The translations under genes and the position numbers were made by a program. Below are positions 1-10,123 of a stretch of 64,000 nt of DNA, piece by piece (positions within the stretch are counted from its first letter, which is position 1; each line of letters starts with the position of its first letter). Source of the stretch: an uncultured Gemella sp. (GTDB lineage Bacteria > Bacillota > Bacilli > Staphylococcales > Gemellaceae); NCBI GenBank assembly GCA_938046645.1, contig CALIWM010000189.1:36892-100891 (forward strand), written 5' to 3'. The notes below the pieces were generated by a model. It did no database searches. It saw only the letters and a list, made by a program, of their open reading frames with translations, and was not told where the DNA came from.

Positions 1-430
1 CAGCTATTACTCGGTAGTTCGCAAAACCATCACTTTTTTTAATCCAAGCCTCTACTTGCTTCTGGAGAGTTTTGAGAATTTCAAGTTCTCCATCATAAGC
101 AATAATCGCTTCAACGAACATAGGCGGCCGGCCTCCAACAATATAACTGAAAAAGTCTGTTATAGAGATAACATTGATTTCGAGCTTATGCCCCTTGTAT
201 TCAAAGTCTGTTGTTTTTTCTATTGAGCGCTTTGTAAACAAAACGTCTGAGAAGCTTGGAAGAGTAATGGTAATTAAATCAATATCTGATTTTTCTGTCA
301 TTAGGCCATAAAGAAAACTTCCAGCAGGCAACACTTCTAATACTAAGCCTTTGTTTATTGGAGAGCGAGGTGAATTTAGCTCTCTTGTAACAAATTCTTT
401 TAAATCCTTTAAGTCAATATCAATATCCAT
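1..430 (-). CDS. Pol-beta superfamily nucleotidyltransferase, runs off window start
   Basis: Manual translation from ATG at 430 (not in ORF track): MDIDIDLKDL...PAGSFLYGLMTEKSDIDLITI, the GS-x-LYG-x5-SDxD NTase motif; AGGAG RBS upstream. Confidence 0.75.
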   Translation of the reverse strand, partial: MDIDIDLKDLKEFVTRELNSPRSPINKGLVLEVLPAGSFLYGLMTEKSDIDLITITLPSFSDVLFTKRSIEKTTDFEYKGHKLEINVISITDFFSYIVGGRPPMFVEAIIAYDGELEILKTLQKQVEAWIKKSDGFANYRVIA

Positions 431-460
431 TGTTTATTATTCTCCTATTTTCTTCCTGAA

Positions 461-1426
461 TTACAAGGTTGTTTTGTAAATTGAGTGACCTAGGCGTTTC
501 ACTTTCGTGTGTTCGCCGGGTTCTAATTTGGCCAATTCTTCTTGATAGACATATAGTTTTGCATCAATATTGTCTACCATATGAAGAACATACGCTTCTG
601 GCGTTGCTGGCTGCACTGGACTGCCCCATTCAAGTTTGCCGTGATGAGCGAGAATTAAATGCTGCAACATTCTCAGCTCTTCTGAATTACGTTCTTCCTC
701 AGTCGCATAGTGTTCGGGGAGTTTACTTCCCATCACTACATGACCAAACAGAACACCGTCAGAAGAGAAGTCTTTGGCAATTCCTGTATGTTCAGAGTAA
801 ACATACTCACTCTGTTTCATGACATCATGGAAGATAATTCCTGAATAGAGCAAATCTTTGTTTAGTATATCAGGATATACACTAATAATGTTTGCTGCAA
901 TCTGAATCATCTCAACAACGTGTCTTAACAGGCCATGCCGTTTTGAGTGGTGCATACCTAAAGCCGCTGAACCATTCATCAGAAAACCTTTCTTATCCTC
1001 TAACAATGCAAGAGTGATACGCTTTAAAATGGGGTTTTCAAATTTCGAAACCACAAGTTTCAATTTTTTGAAAGTGTCATGGCTATCTATAGGCTCAGAT
1101 GGCGTCAAAGCATCATAGTCAACATCTTTGGAAAGCTGAATACCCGTCACAGTGATTTCATACTCTCCAGAATAGTTGCTGATTCCTCCATTCCCAGAAA
1201 CAAGAAGAACTTCGTTGTTTTGAAGCATTTCTTTTTCATCTGGTGTTAGATTCCAGTGTGTAGCCACTACCGTTGCAGTTTTATCAGACAATTTGTACTT
1301 GGCGTACTCATCGCCTTTCTTAGTCTTATCAACCTTTAGTTCAGAAACAAGATAGTTAGAATTAATTGTTTCTGGATGTTTATTTAGCTCTTTATGAAGA
1401 GCTGGTATTTGAATTTGATTTGTCAT
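461..1426 (-). CDS. YhaM/Cbf1-like 3'-5' exoribonuclease (OB fold + HD domain)
   Basis: N-terminal OB-like KTKKGDEY..LSDKT; HH, HD (FHDVMK), GH, HHG..EWGSP, D..DAK motifs. Confidence 0.85.
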   Translation of the reverse strand: MTNQIQIPALHKELNKHPETINSNYLVSELKVDKTKKGDEYAKYKLSDKTATVVATHWNLTPDEKEMLQNNEVLLVSGNGGISNYSGEYEITVTGIQLSKDVDYDALTPSEPIDSHDTFKKLKLVVSKFENPILKRITLALLEDKKGFLMNGSAALGMHHSKRHGLLRHVVEMIQIAANIISVYPDILNKDLLYSGIIFHDVMKQSEYVYSEHTGIAKDFSSDGVLFGHVVMGSKLPEHYATEEERNSEELRMLQHLILAHHGKLEWGSPVQPATPEAYVLHMVDNIDAKLYVYQEELAKLEPGEHTKVKRLGHSIYKTTL

Positions 1427-1464
1427 TGTTTTTCTCCTTTGTTTAATTTGTTTAAAATATAAAT

Positions 1465-1498
1465 ATTGTAAAAATAAAATATTACAAAGACTATTATA
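1465..1498 (-). promoter_or_regulatory. TATAAT-N6-TGTAA..TTACA motif copy
   Basis: minus strand TATAAT AGTCTT TGTAAT ATTTTATTT TTACAAT. Confidence 0.75.
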
Positions 1499-1547
1499 AG
1501 ACTTGAAAAAGAAAAAAGAGATGATGTAAACTCATCTCTAATCAAAT

Positions 1548-2456
1548 TCAATTTTGCAATATAAAACTGCCGATTAATATGATTCCATCATTTAGGAGTA
1601 ATCCGCTGCGTTTAGGTTGATAAAGTATTTCTGAAACAACTAAGTTTTTTATTACTTGTATATCTTCTTCCCTTGTATCTTTTTGTAGACAAAATGCCAC
1701 ATCACCTGATAAAAGTTCAATGAAAGAAAAACCAGAAAAACGAAGATTTGCATATTTTCCCTCACCATCCACAACAATTTCTTCAATGACAAGTCTTTGT
1801 GTTGATTGTTTTATTTCATTTTTCTCAAATTGGTGGCCCAAGTCAGCCTCTCCTATGAAATAAATCAAGTCAATAAAACCATTAGTGTTCTTTATGTTTG
1901 ATTTAACTGGCATAACATAAAAAATTTCACTACTGTCATAATCAATTTTTTTATTTTTATTGTAGGGGATTTTCCCGGAATAATATTTCACATCAGCACC
2001 CAGTGAATGATAATCATATTCTAGCTTGGAGAATCTTTGATTTCCTTGATTGTCTAAATATTTGCTTTTGTAATAACTAAAATTATATCTTCTATCTAGA
2101 AACTCTTCTAAACTAAAATTAAAATAACTACTTATTTCATCTTCTAGTAATACCGGGAACATCCAAACTTCACCTAACCGTTGTTCTCCGTTATAAGTTT
2201 TAGCTTTTGTAAAAACAACATACTCGCGAGAGAAAAAGAAATCAATAAATCCCTCAAAACTTCTTTCAAAAGAAGAAACAATTGTTGCCCAGTCTTTTTC
2301 TATCATTGGTAAATCTTTTTCCAGAAAATTTATAGAAAGTGTTTCGCGCTCTTTGTCATTCCATTTCTTCGCATAATGCTCTAAGGGGCTGCTTCCAATA
2401 TGTTCAGATTCATAGTAAGGCTTTGGTAAAATGATTTTCTTGTTAATGATATTCAT
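1548..2456 (-). CDS. Orphan paralog family A, copy 1 (most divergent)
   Basis: Likely start MNIINKKIILP at 2456 (RBS upstream); shares KW, SINF, W..I and PVK...NG.IDL motifs with the next four ORFs. Confidence 0.7.
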   Translation of the reverse strand: MNIINKKIILPKPYYESEHIGSSPLEHYAKKWNDKERETLSINFLEKDLPMIEKDWATIVSSFERSFEGFIDFFFSREYVVFTKAKTYNGEQRLGEVWMFPVLLEDEISSYFNFSLEEFLDRRYNFSYYKSKYLDNQGNQRFSKLEYDYHSLGADVKYYSGKIPYNKNKKIDYDSSEIFYVMPVKSNIKNTNGFIDLIYFIGEADLGHQFEKNEIKQSTQRLVIEEIVVDGEGKYANLRFSGFSFIELLSGDVAFCLQKDTREEDIQVIKNLVVSEILYQPKRSGLLLNDGIILIGSFILQN

Positions 2457-2560
2457 TATTCTATTGTTAATCCTTCCTTTTATATTCAATATAAAAAAAT
2501 AATTTTTCAGTTCGATTTTGTATGTATCTATTATACTCAAAAAGACCTGAAAAGACAATC

Positions 2561-2594
2561 AAAAAAAAGATGGAGTTCCATTCCATCTTTTTTA
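2561..2594 (-). terminator. Intrinsic terminator of the AAAAGATGG..CCATCTTTT family (similar hairpins near 1514, 3475, 4475, 5476)
   Basis: Inverted repeat with A/T tails between paralogs. Confidence 0.7.
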
Positions 2595-2599
2595 TATCA

Positions 2600-3385
2600 C
2601 TATGTTAGAGACATAAAATAATTTGAACCATCTTCCATTAAGATAATTCGACTATTGTTTCTTAACAAAATTTCTTTAACGTTTATACTATCAAAGAAAT
2701 TTTCTTCTTCTTTTAACATAGTTCCCTTTTCTTTTAAAGAATAATGTTCGTTTGTTGCGAAATTAGAAAATACATATCTCACCAAACCAGCAATAGATTT
2801 TATTGAAAACTCATATGTATTTGAAGGGAACATTTTGTATAAAATATCTCCCAAATCAATCACTCCATTTGACTTCTTATTGCTAAACTTTACAGGAAAG
2901 ATAGGTCTACTCTCTTTATTGTACCATCTTATATTTTTATTTTGAGTTTGACCTGAACATTGTTTAACAAGAAAAAATGAAGAAAAATCAAAAAGTTGAT
3001 AATCAAATTCTAACTTAATAACATAGAACGATTCGGCAAAAAACTTTTTAGATTCTTTGAATGACAATTTCAATGCACTTTCTACATATTTTTCATATGA
3101 AATAAAGACCAAATAGACCTTTTTGAGAGTTCTTTTTCCCTCAGTAAAAAGAACCATATTTCGTTTTCCCAAGCTGCCAGAAGCATATCTTGCTCTCTTT
3201 AACATGGTTTCTAAAGAAATAATGATAGCTCCCCATTTGTTTTCTAGTAATTGAGAATCTTCATTTTTATAAAAAATTGTCACCTCATCAAGCGTTTCCT
3301 TATCCCATTGTCTTGTTGGAAAGCCATATGATTGTTCATCATCCCCCTTTTTAGGAATTTTGATTTTTTTAGATAAAATTTCCAT
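2600..3385 (-). CDS. Orphan paralog family A, copy 2
   Basis: MEILSKKIKIP...IFYKNED..LLENKW...LFTEGKR...PVKFSNKKSNGVIDL. Confidence 0.75.
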   Translation of the reverse strand: MEILSKKIKIPKKGDDEQSYGFPTRQWDKETLDEVTIFYKNEDSQLLENKWGAIIISLETMLKRARYASGSLGKRNMVLFTEGKRTLKKVYLVFISYEKYVESALKLSFKESKKFFAESFYVIKLEFDYQLFDFSSFFLVKQCSGQTQNKNIRWYNKESRPIFPVKFSNKKSNGVIDLGDILYKMFPSNTYEFSIKSIAGLVRYVFSNFATNEHYSLKEKGTMLKEEENFFDSINVKEILLRNNSRIILMEDGSNYFMSLT

Positions 3386-3413
3386 TTATCTCTTCTCCTT
3401 TTTATTAAATAAT

Positions 3414-3450
3414 ATTGAAAAATAAAAAAATATTTACAAAAGTTATTATA
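3414..3450 (-). promoter_or_regulatory. TATAAT-N6-TGTAA motif copy (second arm degenerate)
   Basis: minus strand TATAAT AACTTT TGTAAA ... TTTCAAT. Confidence 0.6.
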
Positions 3451-3522
3451 AAGGGAAGAAATAATTGAACAAATAAAAAAGATGGATAAGCCATCTTTTT
3501 AAATTAAAATAAAGTTAAAACA

Positions 3523-4383
3523 TTAACTTGGGATAACAGAATAATTTTCACCATTGTTCAAAATAACAACATTAATACCTTTTGTTTCAGAGAAGATGAA
3601 ATCTGATATAGCCATATTGTCAAAAAATTCTTTGGCCTCTTGTGGCATTTCCTTACCACTTTGCAGCGTATATTGTTTCCCAGAAACAATATTGTACAAA
3701 CTAAGACCTTTAAACCTATCACGTCCATCTGAGAAAGAACCAGTCATTCCTAAAGAACCCAAGATGCTAAAATGTCGAATAATATTTAGGGTGTTATCTG
3801 TATTTTTGAAAAAATACAAATAATAAAAAACTTCGTCTAAATTAATAATTCCATTAGATTTTTCATTATCAAATTTTACAGGAATAATTATTCCATCATT
3901 TTTAGTCACACTCCAATTAATTCTTGCCCCATCAATAACTCCTTCATGTTTTCTTACAAGCCAAAAAGAAGAGTTGCCCAAAACTTGCTCTTTAAAATCA
4001 ATTTTCAGGGTGTTTTTGATTATTTTCGCTTCCTCATTAGGCCTATGATAATTGTTTTTGAATGATTCCAAAGAATGTTTTAGGTATTCACTTTTTGGGA
4101 TTGTTTCATCCACAAAGAAAAAGTGAGCACTTTTTAATTTTCTTTTTCCTTCTGTAAATAAAACCAATTCATTAATTGATGATAAAAATTCCCTGCCTGC
4201 AAGCTGTTTCTCCAAGAAAAGAGTAATTATATCCCATTTGTCATTCAATAAATACTCATCATCTTTTTTGTAAAAAATAGATACATGTTTATTTGTATAG
4301 TTTTCCCACCGTGTAAAAGCATGTTTTGCCATAAGAGATTGTATACTGTTGGGTATTTTTATTTTTCTAGATAGAATTTCCAT
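3523..4383 (-). CDS. Orphan paralog family A, copy 3
   Basis: MEILSRKIKIP...SIFYKKDDEYLLNDKW...PVKFDNEKSNGIINL. Confidence 0.75.
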   Translation of the reverse strand: MEILSRKIKIPNSIQSLMAKHAFTRWENYTNKHVSIFYKKDDEYLLNDKWDIITLFLEKQLAGREFLSSINELVLFTEGKRKLKSAHFFFVDETIPKSEYLKHSLESFKNNYHRPNEEAKIIKNTLKIDFKEQVLGNSSFWLVRKHEGVIDGARINWSVTKNDGIIIPVKFDNEKSNGIINLDEVFYYLYFFKNTDNTLNIIRHFSILGSLGMTGSFSDGRDRFKGLSLYNIVSGKQYTLQSGKEMPQEAKEFFDNMAISDFIFSETKGINVVILNNGENYSVIPS

Positions 4384-4416
4384 TTTATATGTCTCCTTTT
4401 TATAAAATATTCTAAT

Positions 4417-4452
4417 ATTGTAAAATAATAAAATGTTACAGAATTTATTATA
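4417..4452 (-). promoter_or_regulatory. TATAAT-N6-TGTAA..TTACA motif copy
   Basis: minus strand TATAAT AAATTC TGTAAC ... TTTTACAAT. Confidence 0.75.
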
Positions 4453-4516
4453 AAAGATATTGATGAAACAGAAATAAAAAAAGATGGATGAACCATCTTT
4501 TAAAACTCAATCAAAA

Positions 4517-5386
4517 TTAACTCAGTTTAATAAGGTAATTCTCACCATTTTCTAAGGTAATAAAATTAATGCCTTTAGATTTTGAAAAAACACCACTACT
4601 CAAAATCATTTCATTAAAAAATCTTTTAGAGTCAACAGGCATCTCTTCAACATCTTGTAAAACATGCTCTTCGCCAGAAACAAGATTATGAAAACCAAGT
4701 GTCTCAAATGTTAAGTACATCACACTGAAGTAACCATTTATTCCAAAGCGGCTTAATATGTCATAACGCTCTAGAATTTTAACCCCTTTGTCCGTATTTT
4801 TTCTTATGTATATATAAGACAAAACTTCCGCTAGGTTAATCAATCCGTTTGAATTTTTATTGCTGAATTTTATTGGAATAACGGCCATTTTATGTTTTCT
4901 ACTCCATGTTATCCTTGAATTATTTGTACATCCATTAGATTCTTCAATAAACCAAAAATTATCATTTCCAAACAAGTTTTTCTTGAATTCAATTTTTGTA
5001 ACATTTATAGATTTAACCCCACCTATACTTAAATCAATATGGCTTGAATATTTTTTTCTAAAAGTTCTCAATGAATGTTCCAAATATTCATTTTTGGGAG
5101 CATTACTGTTACAAAAGAATAAATATATGCTTTCCAATCTATTTATTCCTTCTGTAAATAAAACTAACTCTTGATTTCCAGAAACAAATGATTTACCACA
5201 AAGATTTCTCTCTATTAGTAGAGTAATGACTTTCCATTTATCTTTCAATAAACGTTCATCATCTTCTTTATAAAAAATAGAAAAAGTTATATCTGATGCT
5301 TCTATCCATCTATCTAAAACCCTCTTTTCAATGTTATAACTTTGATTTTTGTTTGGCACTTTTATCACTCTAGATAAAACTTTCAT
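4517..5386 (-). CDS. Orphan paralog family A, copy 4
   Basis: Likely start MKVLSRVIKVP at 5386 after AAGGAGG; same motifs as neighbours. Confidence 0.75.
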   Translation of the reverse strand: MKVLSRVIKVPNKNQSYNIEKRVLDRWIEASDITFSIFYKEDDERLLKDKWKVITLLIERNLCGKSFVSGNQELVLFTEGINRLESIYLFFCNSNAPKNEYLEHSLRTFRKKYSSHIDLSIGGVKSINVTKIEFKKNLFGNDNFWFIEESNGCTNNSRITWSRKHKMAVIPIKFSNKNSNGLINLAEVLSYIYIRKNTDKGVKILERYDILSRFGINGYFSVMYLTFETLGFHNLVSGEEHVLQDVEEMPVDSKRFFNEMILSSGVFSKSKGINFITLENGENYLIKLS

Positions 5387-5419
5387 TTTTTCCTCCTTTA
5401 ATCTAATCAAAAATAATAT

Positions 5420-5455
5420 ATTGTAAAATAATTAACTATTATAAGAATTATTATA
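5420..5455 (-). promoter_or_regulatory. Motif copy (first arm TATAA variant)
   Basis: minus strand TATAAT AATTCT TATAAT ... TTTTACAAT. Confidence 0.55.
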
Positions 5456-5523
5456 AAAGAAATAGAAAAGAAAATAAAAAAAAGATGGGCAAACCACCTT
5501 TTTATTTCAACAAGGAACTTAAA

Positions 5524-6396
5524 TCAACTTAATGTGATAAAATAGTTTTCTCCTGTTGTTAGAGTAATAAAATTGACGCCTTTTGATGATGAAAAAGTAC
5601 CCCAATCTAAAATCATGTTATCAAAAAAGCCTTTATTTTCAGCAGTCATTTCATCTGTTTTTTGTAAAGAATGTTGTTTCCCAGAAACATGATTATACAA
5701 ATCAAGGCGAACGAATTTGGAATCACCAAGGCTGTAAAAACCATCATTAGCCAAAAAATTCAAAACTCCATAACGTGTGACAATTTTAAGTCTTTTTTCT
5801 TCATGTTTATATTTAGGAACATGCAAAGAATTTAAAACCTCCATTAAATTGATTAACCCATTTGAATTTTTGTTGTTAAATTTAACTGGCAAGACTTTCA
5901 AATCCTCAATGTTTTTCCGAGCTATTCTATTTCTCCAATTTGCTTTTGCATCTTTTGTTTCGCCTGTAGATTTACTAACTGACCAAAAGCGATTGTTACC
6001 AAAGAAATTTCCTTTAAATCGAATACGGATAACATTATCAATAGAGAAAGTTTCTTTGACATCAGGATAAGCATTGTTTTTAAAAGATTCGAACGAATGT
6101 TTTAAATACTCACCTTTTTCTATATCTTCATTAGAGAAAAACAAATAAATGTTGCTTATTTTTCTTTTCTTTTCTACAAACAAAACCATCTCTGTAAAGT
6201 GTGATGGAAGAATTCCTCCAAACTCTCTTTCTAATAAAAGAGTAATGACTTCCCATTTATCTTTCAATAAATGTTCATCATCTTTTTTATAAAAAATAGA
6301 TATAGATTTATTTGCGGCGTCTACCCACCTTTCAAAACCTAAGTCTATGTTTGTCGCTTTTGAAGGTATTTTTATTACCTTAGATAAAATCTCCAT
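5524..6396 (-). CDS. Orphan paralog family A, copy 5
   Basis: Likely start MEILSKVIKIP at 6396 after AAAGGAG; same motifs. Confidence 0.75.
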   Translation of the reverse strand: MEILSKVIKIPSKATNIDLGFERWVDAANKSISIFYKKDDEHLLKDKWEVITLLLEREFGGILPSHFTEMVLFVEKKRKISNIYLFFSNEDIEKGEYLKHSFESFKNNAYPDVKETFSIDNVIRIRFKGNFFGNNRFWSVSKSTGETKDAKANWRNRIARKNIEDLKVLPVKFNNKNSNGLINLMEVLNSLHVPKYKHEEKRLKIVTRYGVLNFLANDGFYSLGDSKFVRLDLYNHVSGKQHSLQKTDEMTAENKGFFDNMILDWGTFSSSKGVNFITLTTGENYFITLS

Positions 6397-6436
6397 TTTT
6401 ATCTCCTTTCTTCTATATAAATAATAAATAAAAATA

Positions 6437-6471
6437 ATTGTAAAATCATAAGTACTACACATGATATTATA
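6437..6471 (-). promoter_or_regulatory. TATAAT-N6-TGTA..TTACA motif copy
   Basis: minus strand TATAAT ATCATG TGTAGT ... TTTTACAAT. Confidence 0.65.
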
Positions 6472-6607
6472 AAAGAAGCAAAAAGTGTCAATTATTTTTA
6501 AAAAACACTTGCTTTTTGTTTAAAATATGTTATAATAGAATTACGTTATGAGAAGTCATAACAAATTCAACAAAATAAAAAATACATTTTAAAGGAGTTC
6601 ATAATAT

Positions 6608-9169
6608 ATGAAACAAACTAAATCTAACTTCAAACTTGCTACTGGCGCTGCTACTGTTATTGCTGCTTTGGGTGCTACTGGATATGCTAAAGCTGATGAT
6701 GTAACACCACAAGAGCCTACTACACCTGTTGTAACTGCAACTACAGAAGCAACACAAGAACCAGTTGTTCAACCTGTTACTGAGACTGATGTAGCGCAAG
6801 CAACACAAACCGCTAATACTGCTGAAACTGCTTATCAAAATCAAAGTGCTGTTACAACTAACGCACAAACTGAATTGAATACTGCACAAGAAGTTCTAAA
6901 CACAAAAGAAGCTGATGTAGCAACTACAACACAAGCAGCAAAAGAAGCAACACCAGAAAATATTCAAGCTGCAAAAACTGATATTCCTGTAAAAGAAGAT
7001 GCTGTAAAAGCAGCAGAAGCTAAGGTTGCCCCTGCTGAAAGCAAGGCTGACACAACTGCTAAAGAACTTCAAGAAGCACAAGCTAAAGACGCACAAGCTA
7101 AGTCAGAAGTTTCTTCTAAAGAAAAAGCTCTCCAATCAGCTAAATCCAACCAAGGCAAAGCAGAAGAAAAACTTACTACTGCTACTGCAAACAAAGAAGC
7201 TGCTAAATCAAATAAAGCAACTGCTGAAAAAACTGTAACAACAAACACTGAAAAAGTTGCCCAAGCACAAGCTGTTCTTGATGCAGCACGTTCTAGTGAA
7301 GCTGAAAAAGCTAAGAAAATTGATACAGCTACACAAAAAGTTGAAACTGCTAAAGGTGACTTGAAAGTTGCTGAAAACAATCTTCAATCAGCAGCCCAAG
7401 GGAAAGCCAATGCAGAAACAGCTCTTGATGAAGCTAAAACCGCTGTCAGCTCTGCAACTGATGAATTGCGTAAATCTTTTGCGAAAGTTGTAGTTCCTAA
7501 AGCCTATGACAATTCTGATGAAGTTCGTGAAGCAAAAAACAAGGACTTCCTAGCTATGCAAAGCAAATACGTTCCAAGCGAAGCTGATAAGAAACATATC
7601 ATTGATGATGTGAACAGCATTTCTTCTGCTGACCTTTTGGAATTGAACAAGTTTGCCATTCGTACCCTTGAAGATATTCGTGAACAATACCGTAAACATA
7701 TTGCTGAAAACCCTACTGTAACTGATGAATATGGCACATACAAACGTGCTATCCCAGCAACACCTGTATTGACTGAAAAATCAATGGCTTTTGCTAACGC
7801 TGTTGCTAAGAACTATGTTGCAGATAAGTTTGACACTAGTGTAGAGTCAGGTCATGACTTCAATGCTATCAATAAAGCAGCAAGTGAATTTGGCTTGAAA
7901 CAATTTGGCAAAACAAACCAAAATGAAAATCTCGCAACTAAGCAACACTTGACTAAGTGGGCTACAATGGCTCAACTGAAATCTTATGTATATGGAGCAT
8001 TTGTCGACTTCCTTTACAACGGAAAAGAATACTTCCATGCTGATAGTATCTTGCATACTGGCATCTATAACAACGGCAAACATAAGACTGAATATGACGG
8101 TGTGGCATTTAGCCACATCAATGGTTTTGTCAATGTTCATGTTCTTCGCTCTTATGATGACCGTAATGTGACTGCAAATGGCTTTGGTGACAATGTAATT
8201 GATTATGCAACTGGCAAGACCGCTGCTGAAACAGCTCTGGATAATGCTGTTGCTACTCAATCCGCAAAAGAAGAAGCTGTAAAAGAAGCTGATAAAGCTG
8301 TACTTGCTGCAACTGAAGATGTAGTTGCAAAACAAGAAAAAGTTAATGTTGCTCAATCTGAACTAGATGCTTTGAATGACGGAATCTCTGCCATTCCTGT
8401 TGCACAAGCTAAACTTCAAGAAGCAAAAGATGAATTGGCTCGCTCTGAAAAGGCTCTTGCTGATGCTATTGAAAATGTTAAAACAACAACGGCAAAAGAA
8501 TCTTCTGCCAAAGATGCGTTGAGTTTTGCTAAAGGTCTGGTGATTTCTCTTGAAGCAGACTTGGCTAAAGCGCAAGAAAATTCTGTTAAGACAGGTGTTG
8601 CCCTTGAAAAAGCAACTGCTAAAAATCAAGAAGCTCAAAAAGAACTTGAACAAGTTCGTGCAAGTTTAGCTAAAGCCCAGAAAGATTTGTCTGATGCTAA
8701 AACAAAACTTGAAATGCTTGTTCAAAGTAAAGAGCGTCATGCAGAAGCTGTAAAAGTTCTTGAAGTAGCTAAGGCTGTTGTTAAGAACCTTTCTGCCAAA
8801 CTTGAAAAAGAACAAGAAAAACTTGCAGAGCTGAAAACTGTCTTTGATGAAGCTAAAGCTGAAAAAGAACGTGTCATTGCTGAGTACAAAAAACAACACC
8901 CAGAAGTTGTTCCTAGCTCACCAGAAGCTATCGTTGACGAAGCAATCAAAACACAAGGACATTCAGAGTTGAAAGACTATATCGTTGGTGTAGGTGTTCA
9001 AGCTGGTAAGGCTTTTGTAAAACAAGGTCAAGGTAAATCAGCACTTGAAAAAGCAACTGCTCAAAACAAAGAACTCCCTAAGACTGGTGATGCAAGTCTA
9101 GCTTCTACAATTATTGGTATGACAATGGTAACTCTTGGCTTTGGTCTTAAAGGTAAGAAGAAAGACTAA
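6608..9169 (+). CDS. LPXTG-anchored coiled-coil surface protein with SEC10/PrgA-like surface-exclusion domain
   Basis: Signal peptide; Ala/Lys/Glu coiled coils flanking a GHDFNAINKAA..FGL..NENL..LKSYVY..FLYNGKEYFHADSI domain; LPKTG + hydrophobic stretch + KGKKKD tail. Confidence 0.8.
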   Translation: MKQTKSNFKLATGAATVIAALGATGYAKADDVTPQEPTTPVVTATTEATQEPVVQPVTETDVAQATQTANTAETAYQNQSAVTTNAQTELNTAQEVLNTKEADVATTTQAAKEATPENIQAAKTDIPVKEDAVKAAEAKVAPAESKADTTAKELQEAQAKDAQAKSEVSSKEKALQSAKSNQGKAEEKLTTATANKEAAKSNKATAEKTVTTNTEKVAQAQAVLDAARSSEAEKAKKIDTATQKVETAKGDLKVAENNLQSAAQGKANAETALDEAKTAVSSATDELRKSFAKVVVPKAYDNSDEVREAKNKDFLAMQSKYVPSEADKKHIIDDVNSISSADLLELNKFAIRTLEDIREQYRKHIAENPTVTDEYGTYKRAIPATPVLTEKSMAFANAVAKNYVADKFDTSVESGHDFNAINKAASEFGLKQFGKTNQNENLATKQHLTKWATMAQLKSYVYGAFVDFLYNGKEYFHADSILHTGIYNNGKHKTEYDGVAFSHINGFVNVHVLRSYDDRNVTANGFGDNVIDYATGKTAAETALDNAVATQSAKEEAVKEADKAVLAATEDVVAKQEKVNVAQSELDALNDGISAIPVAQAKLQEAKDELARSEKALADAIENVKTTTAKESSAKDALSFAKGLVISLEADLAKAQENSVKTGVALEKATAKNQEAQKELEQVRASLAKAQKDLSDAKTKLEMLVQSKERHAEAVKVLEVAKAVVKNLSAKLEKEQEKLAELKTVFDEAKAEKERVIAEYKKQHPEVVPSSPEAIVDEAIKTQGHSELKDYIVGVGVQAGKAFVKQGQGKSALEKATAQNKELPKTGDASLASTIIGMTMVTLGFGLKGKKKD

Positions 9170-9183
9170 TATAAGTTAAATTA

Positions 9184-9215
9184 AAAAAGAAAGACTGGAA
9201 AAACTCCAGTCTTTT
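9184..9215. terminator. Bidirectional intrinsic terminator
   Basis: AAAGACTGG..CCAGTCTTTT between convergent genes. Confidence 0.7.
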
Positions 9216-9223
9216 ATGTTGTT

Positions 9224-10045
9224 TTAGTTTTCGTATTTAAACACCCCATAGTTTTCCAGTGCGTAATAACCATTAGGTAAATCATTCGGCAATTTTAGTG
9301 TAAAGTAGGTATCTTTTTCTGTTTTGATAGTCTTTACTGTATAAGTTTCACCAGTAGACTCAAAAACGTGTGTATCAGCTTGAACTTCAATCTTTTGGTA
9401 TTTAGTTCCATTGTAAACACCAAAGGAATACATAGCTTTCTTTTGAAGCCCCTTAAGGAAACCCATACCACTTGTTACCATACTTGGTGTAATCTTTTCA
9501 TTGTTTACATTATCAATCCATACTGCCTGATAGCCGTTAGGGAATGTTTCAGCAGATTGGAAGTATTTTTCAATAGGACTAAGACTGTTCAGTGTTGAGC
9601 CAAATGTAACTCTTGATTCTGAATAATCTTCTTTATCATTATCTGTATCACCATCAAAGCCAGCAACAGAAGTAGTAGGAACATTAAAATTAACTCCAAC
9701 AGTCCAACCAATATCACTCAATCTGTGTAGAGTATATTCAGATGGAGGATTTGATGCAGCAACAGTAACCAATTGACTTTTACCACTTAGTGTAGGGATA
9801 AGTTGGTCATAATCAGTGTACATTAGGTAAAGACCGTCACCACCGTTTGCAAGCCCGGCAGATAAGAGAGGATTCATTACTCCATCTTTTTTCATCACAT
9901 AGTAACCGTCTGGTGCGTTTGTTTTGTCATATTTTAAAATACTTCCATCATTGTTTGCCACAACCGGGCCTTTCTTGCCAGATGAACAAGCAGCAAGAAC
10001 GAAAACACTTAATGATAAGAAAATCATTCCAATAATTTTTTTCAT
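9224..10045 (-). CDS. Lipoprotein, unknown function
   Basis: Lipobox LAAC after hydrophobic N-terminus. Confidence 0.7.
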   Translation of the reverse strand: MKKIIGMIFLSLSVFVLAACSSGKKGPVVANNDGSILKYDKTNAPDGYYVMKKDGVMNPLLSAGLANGGDGLYLMYTDYDQLIPTLSGKSQLVTVAASNPPSEYTLHRLSDIGWTVGVNFNVPTTSVAGFDGDTDNDKEDYSESRVTFGSTLNSLSPIEKYFQSAETFPNGYQAVWIDNVNNEKITPSMVTSGMGFLKGLQKKAMYSFGVYNGTKYQKIEVQADTHVFESTGETYTVKTIKTEKDTYFTLKLPNDLPNGYYALENYGVFKYEN

Positions 10046-10123
10046 AGTTCATTATTTCCTTTTTATATTTTATTTTTGCTTAATTCTATTGTATAAAAAA
10101 AACGAGAAATATCAAGTTCTCGC

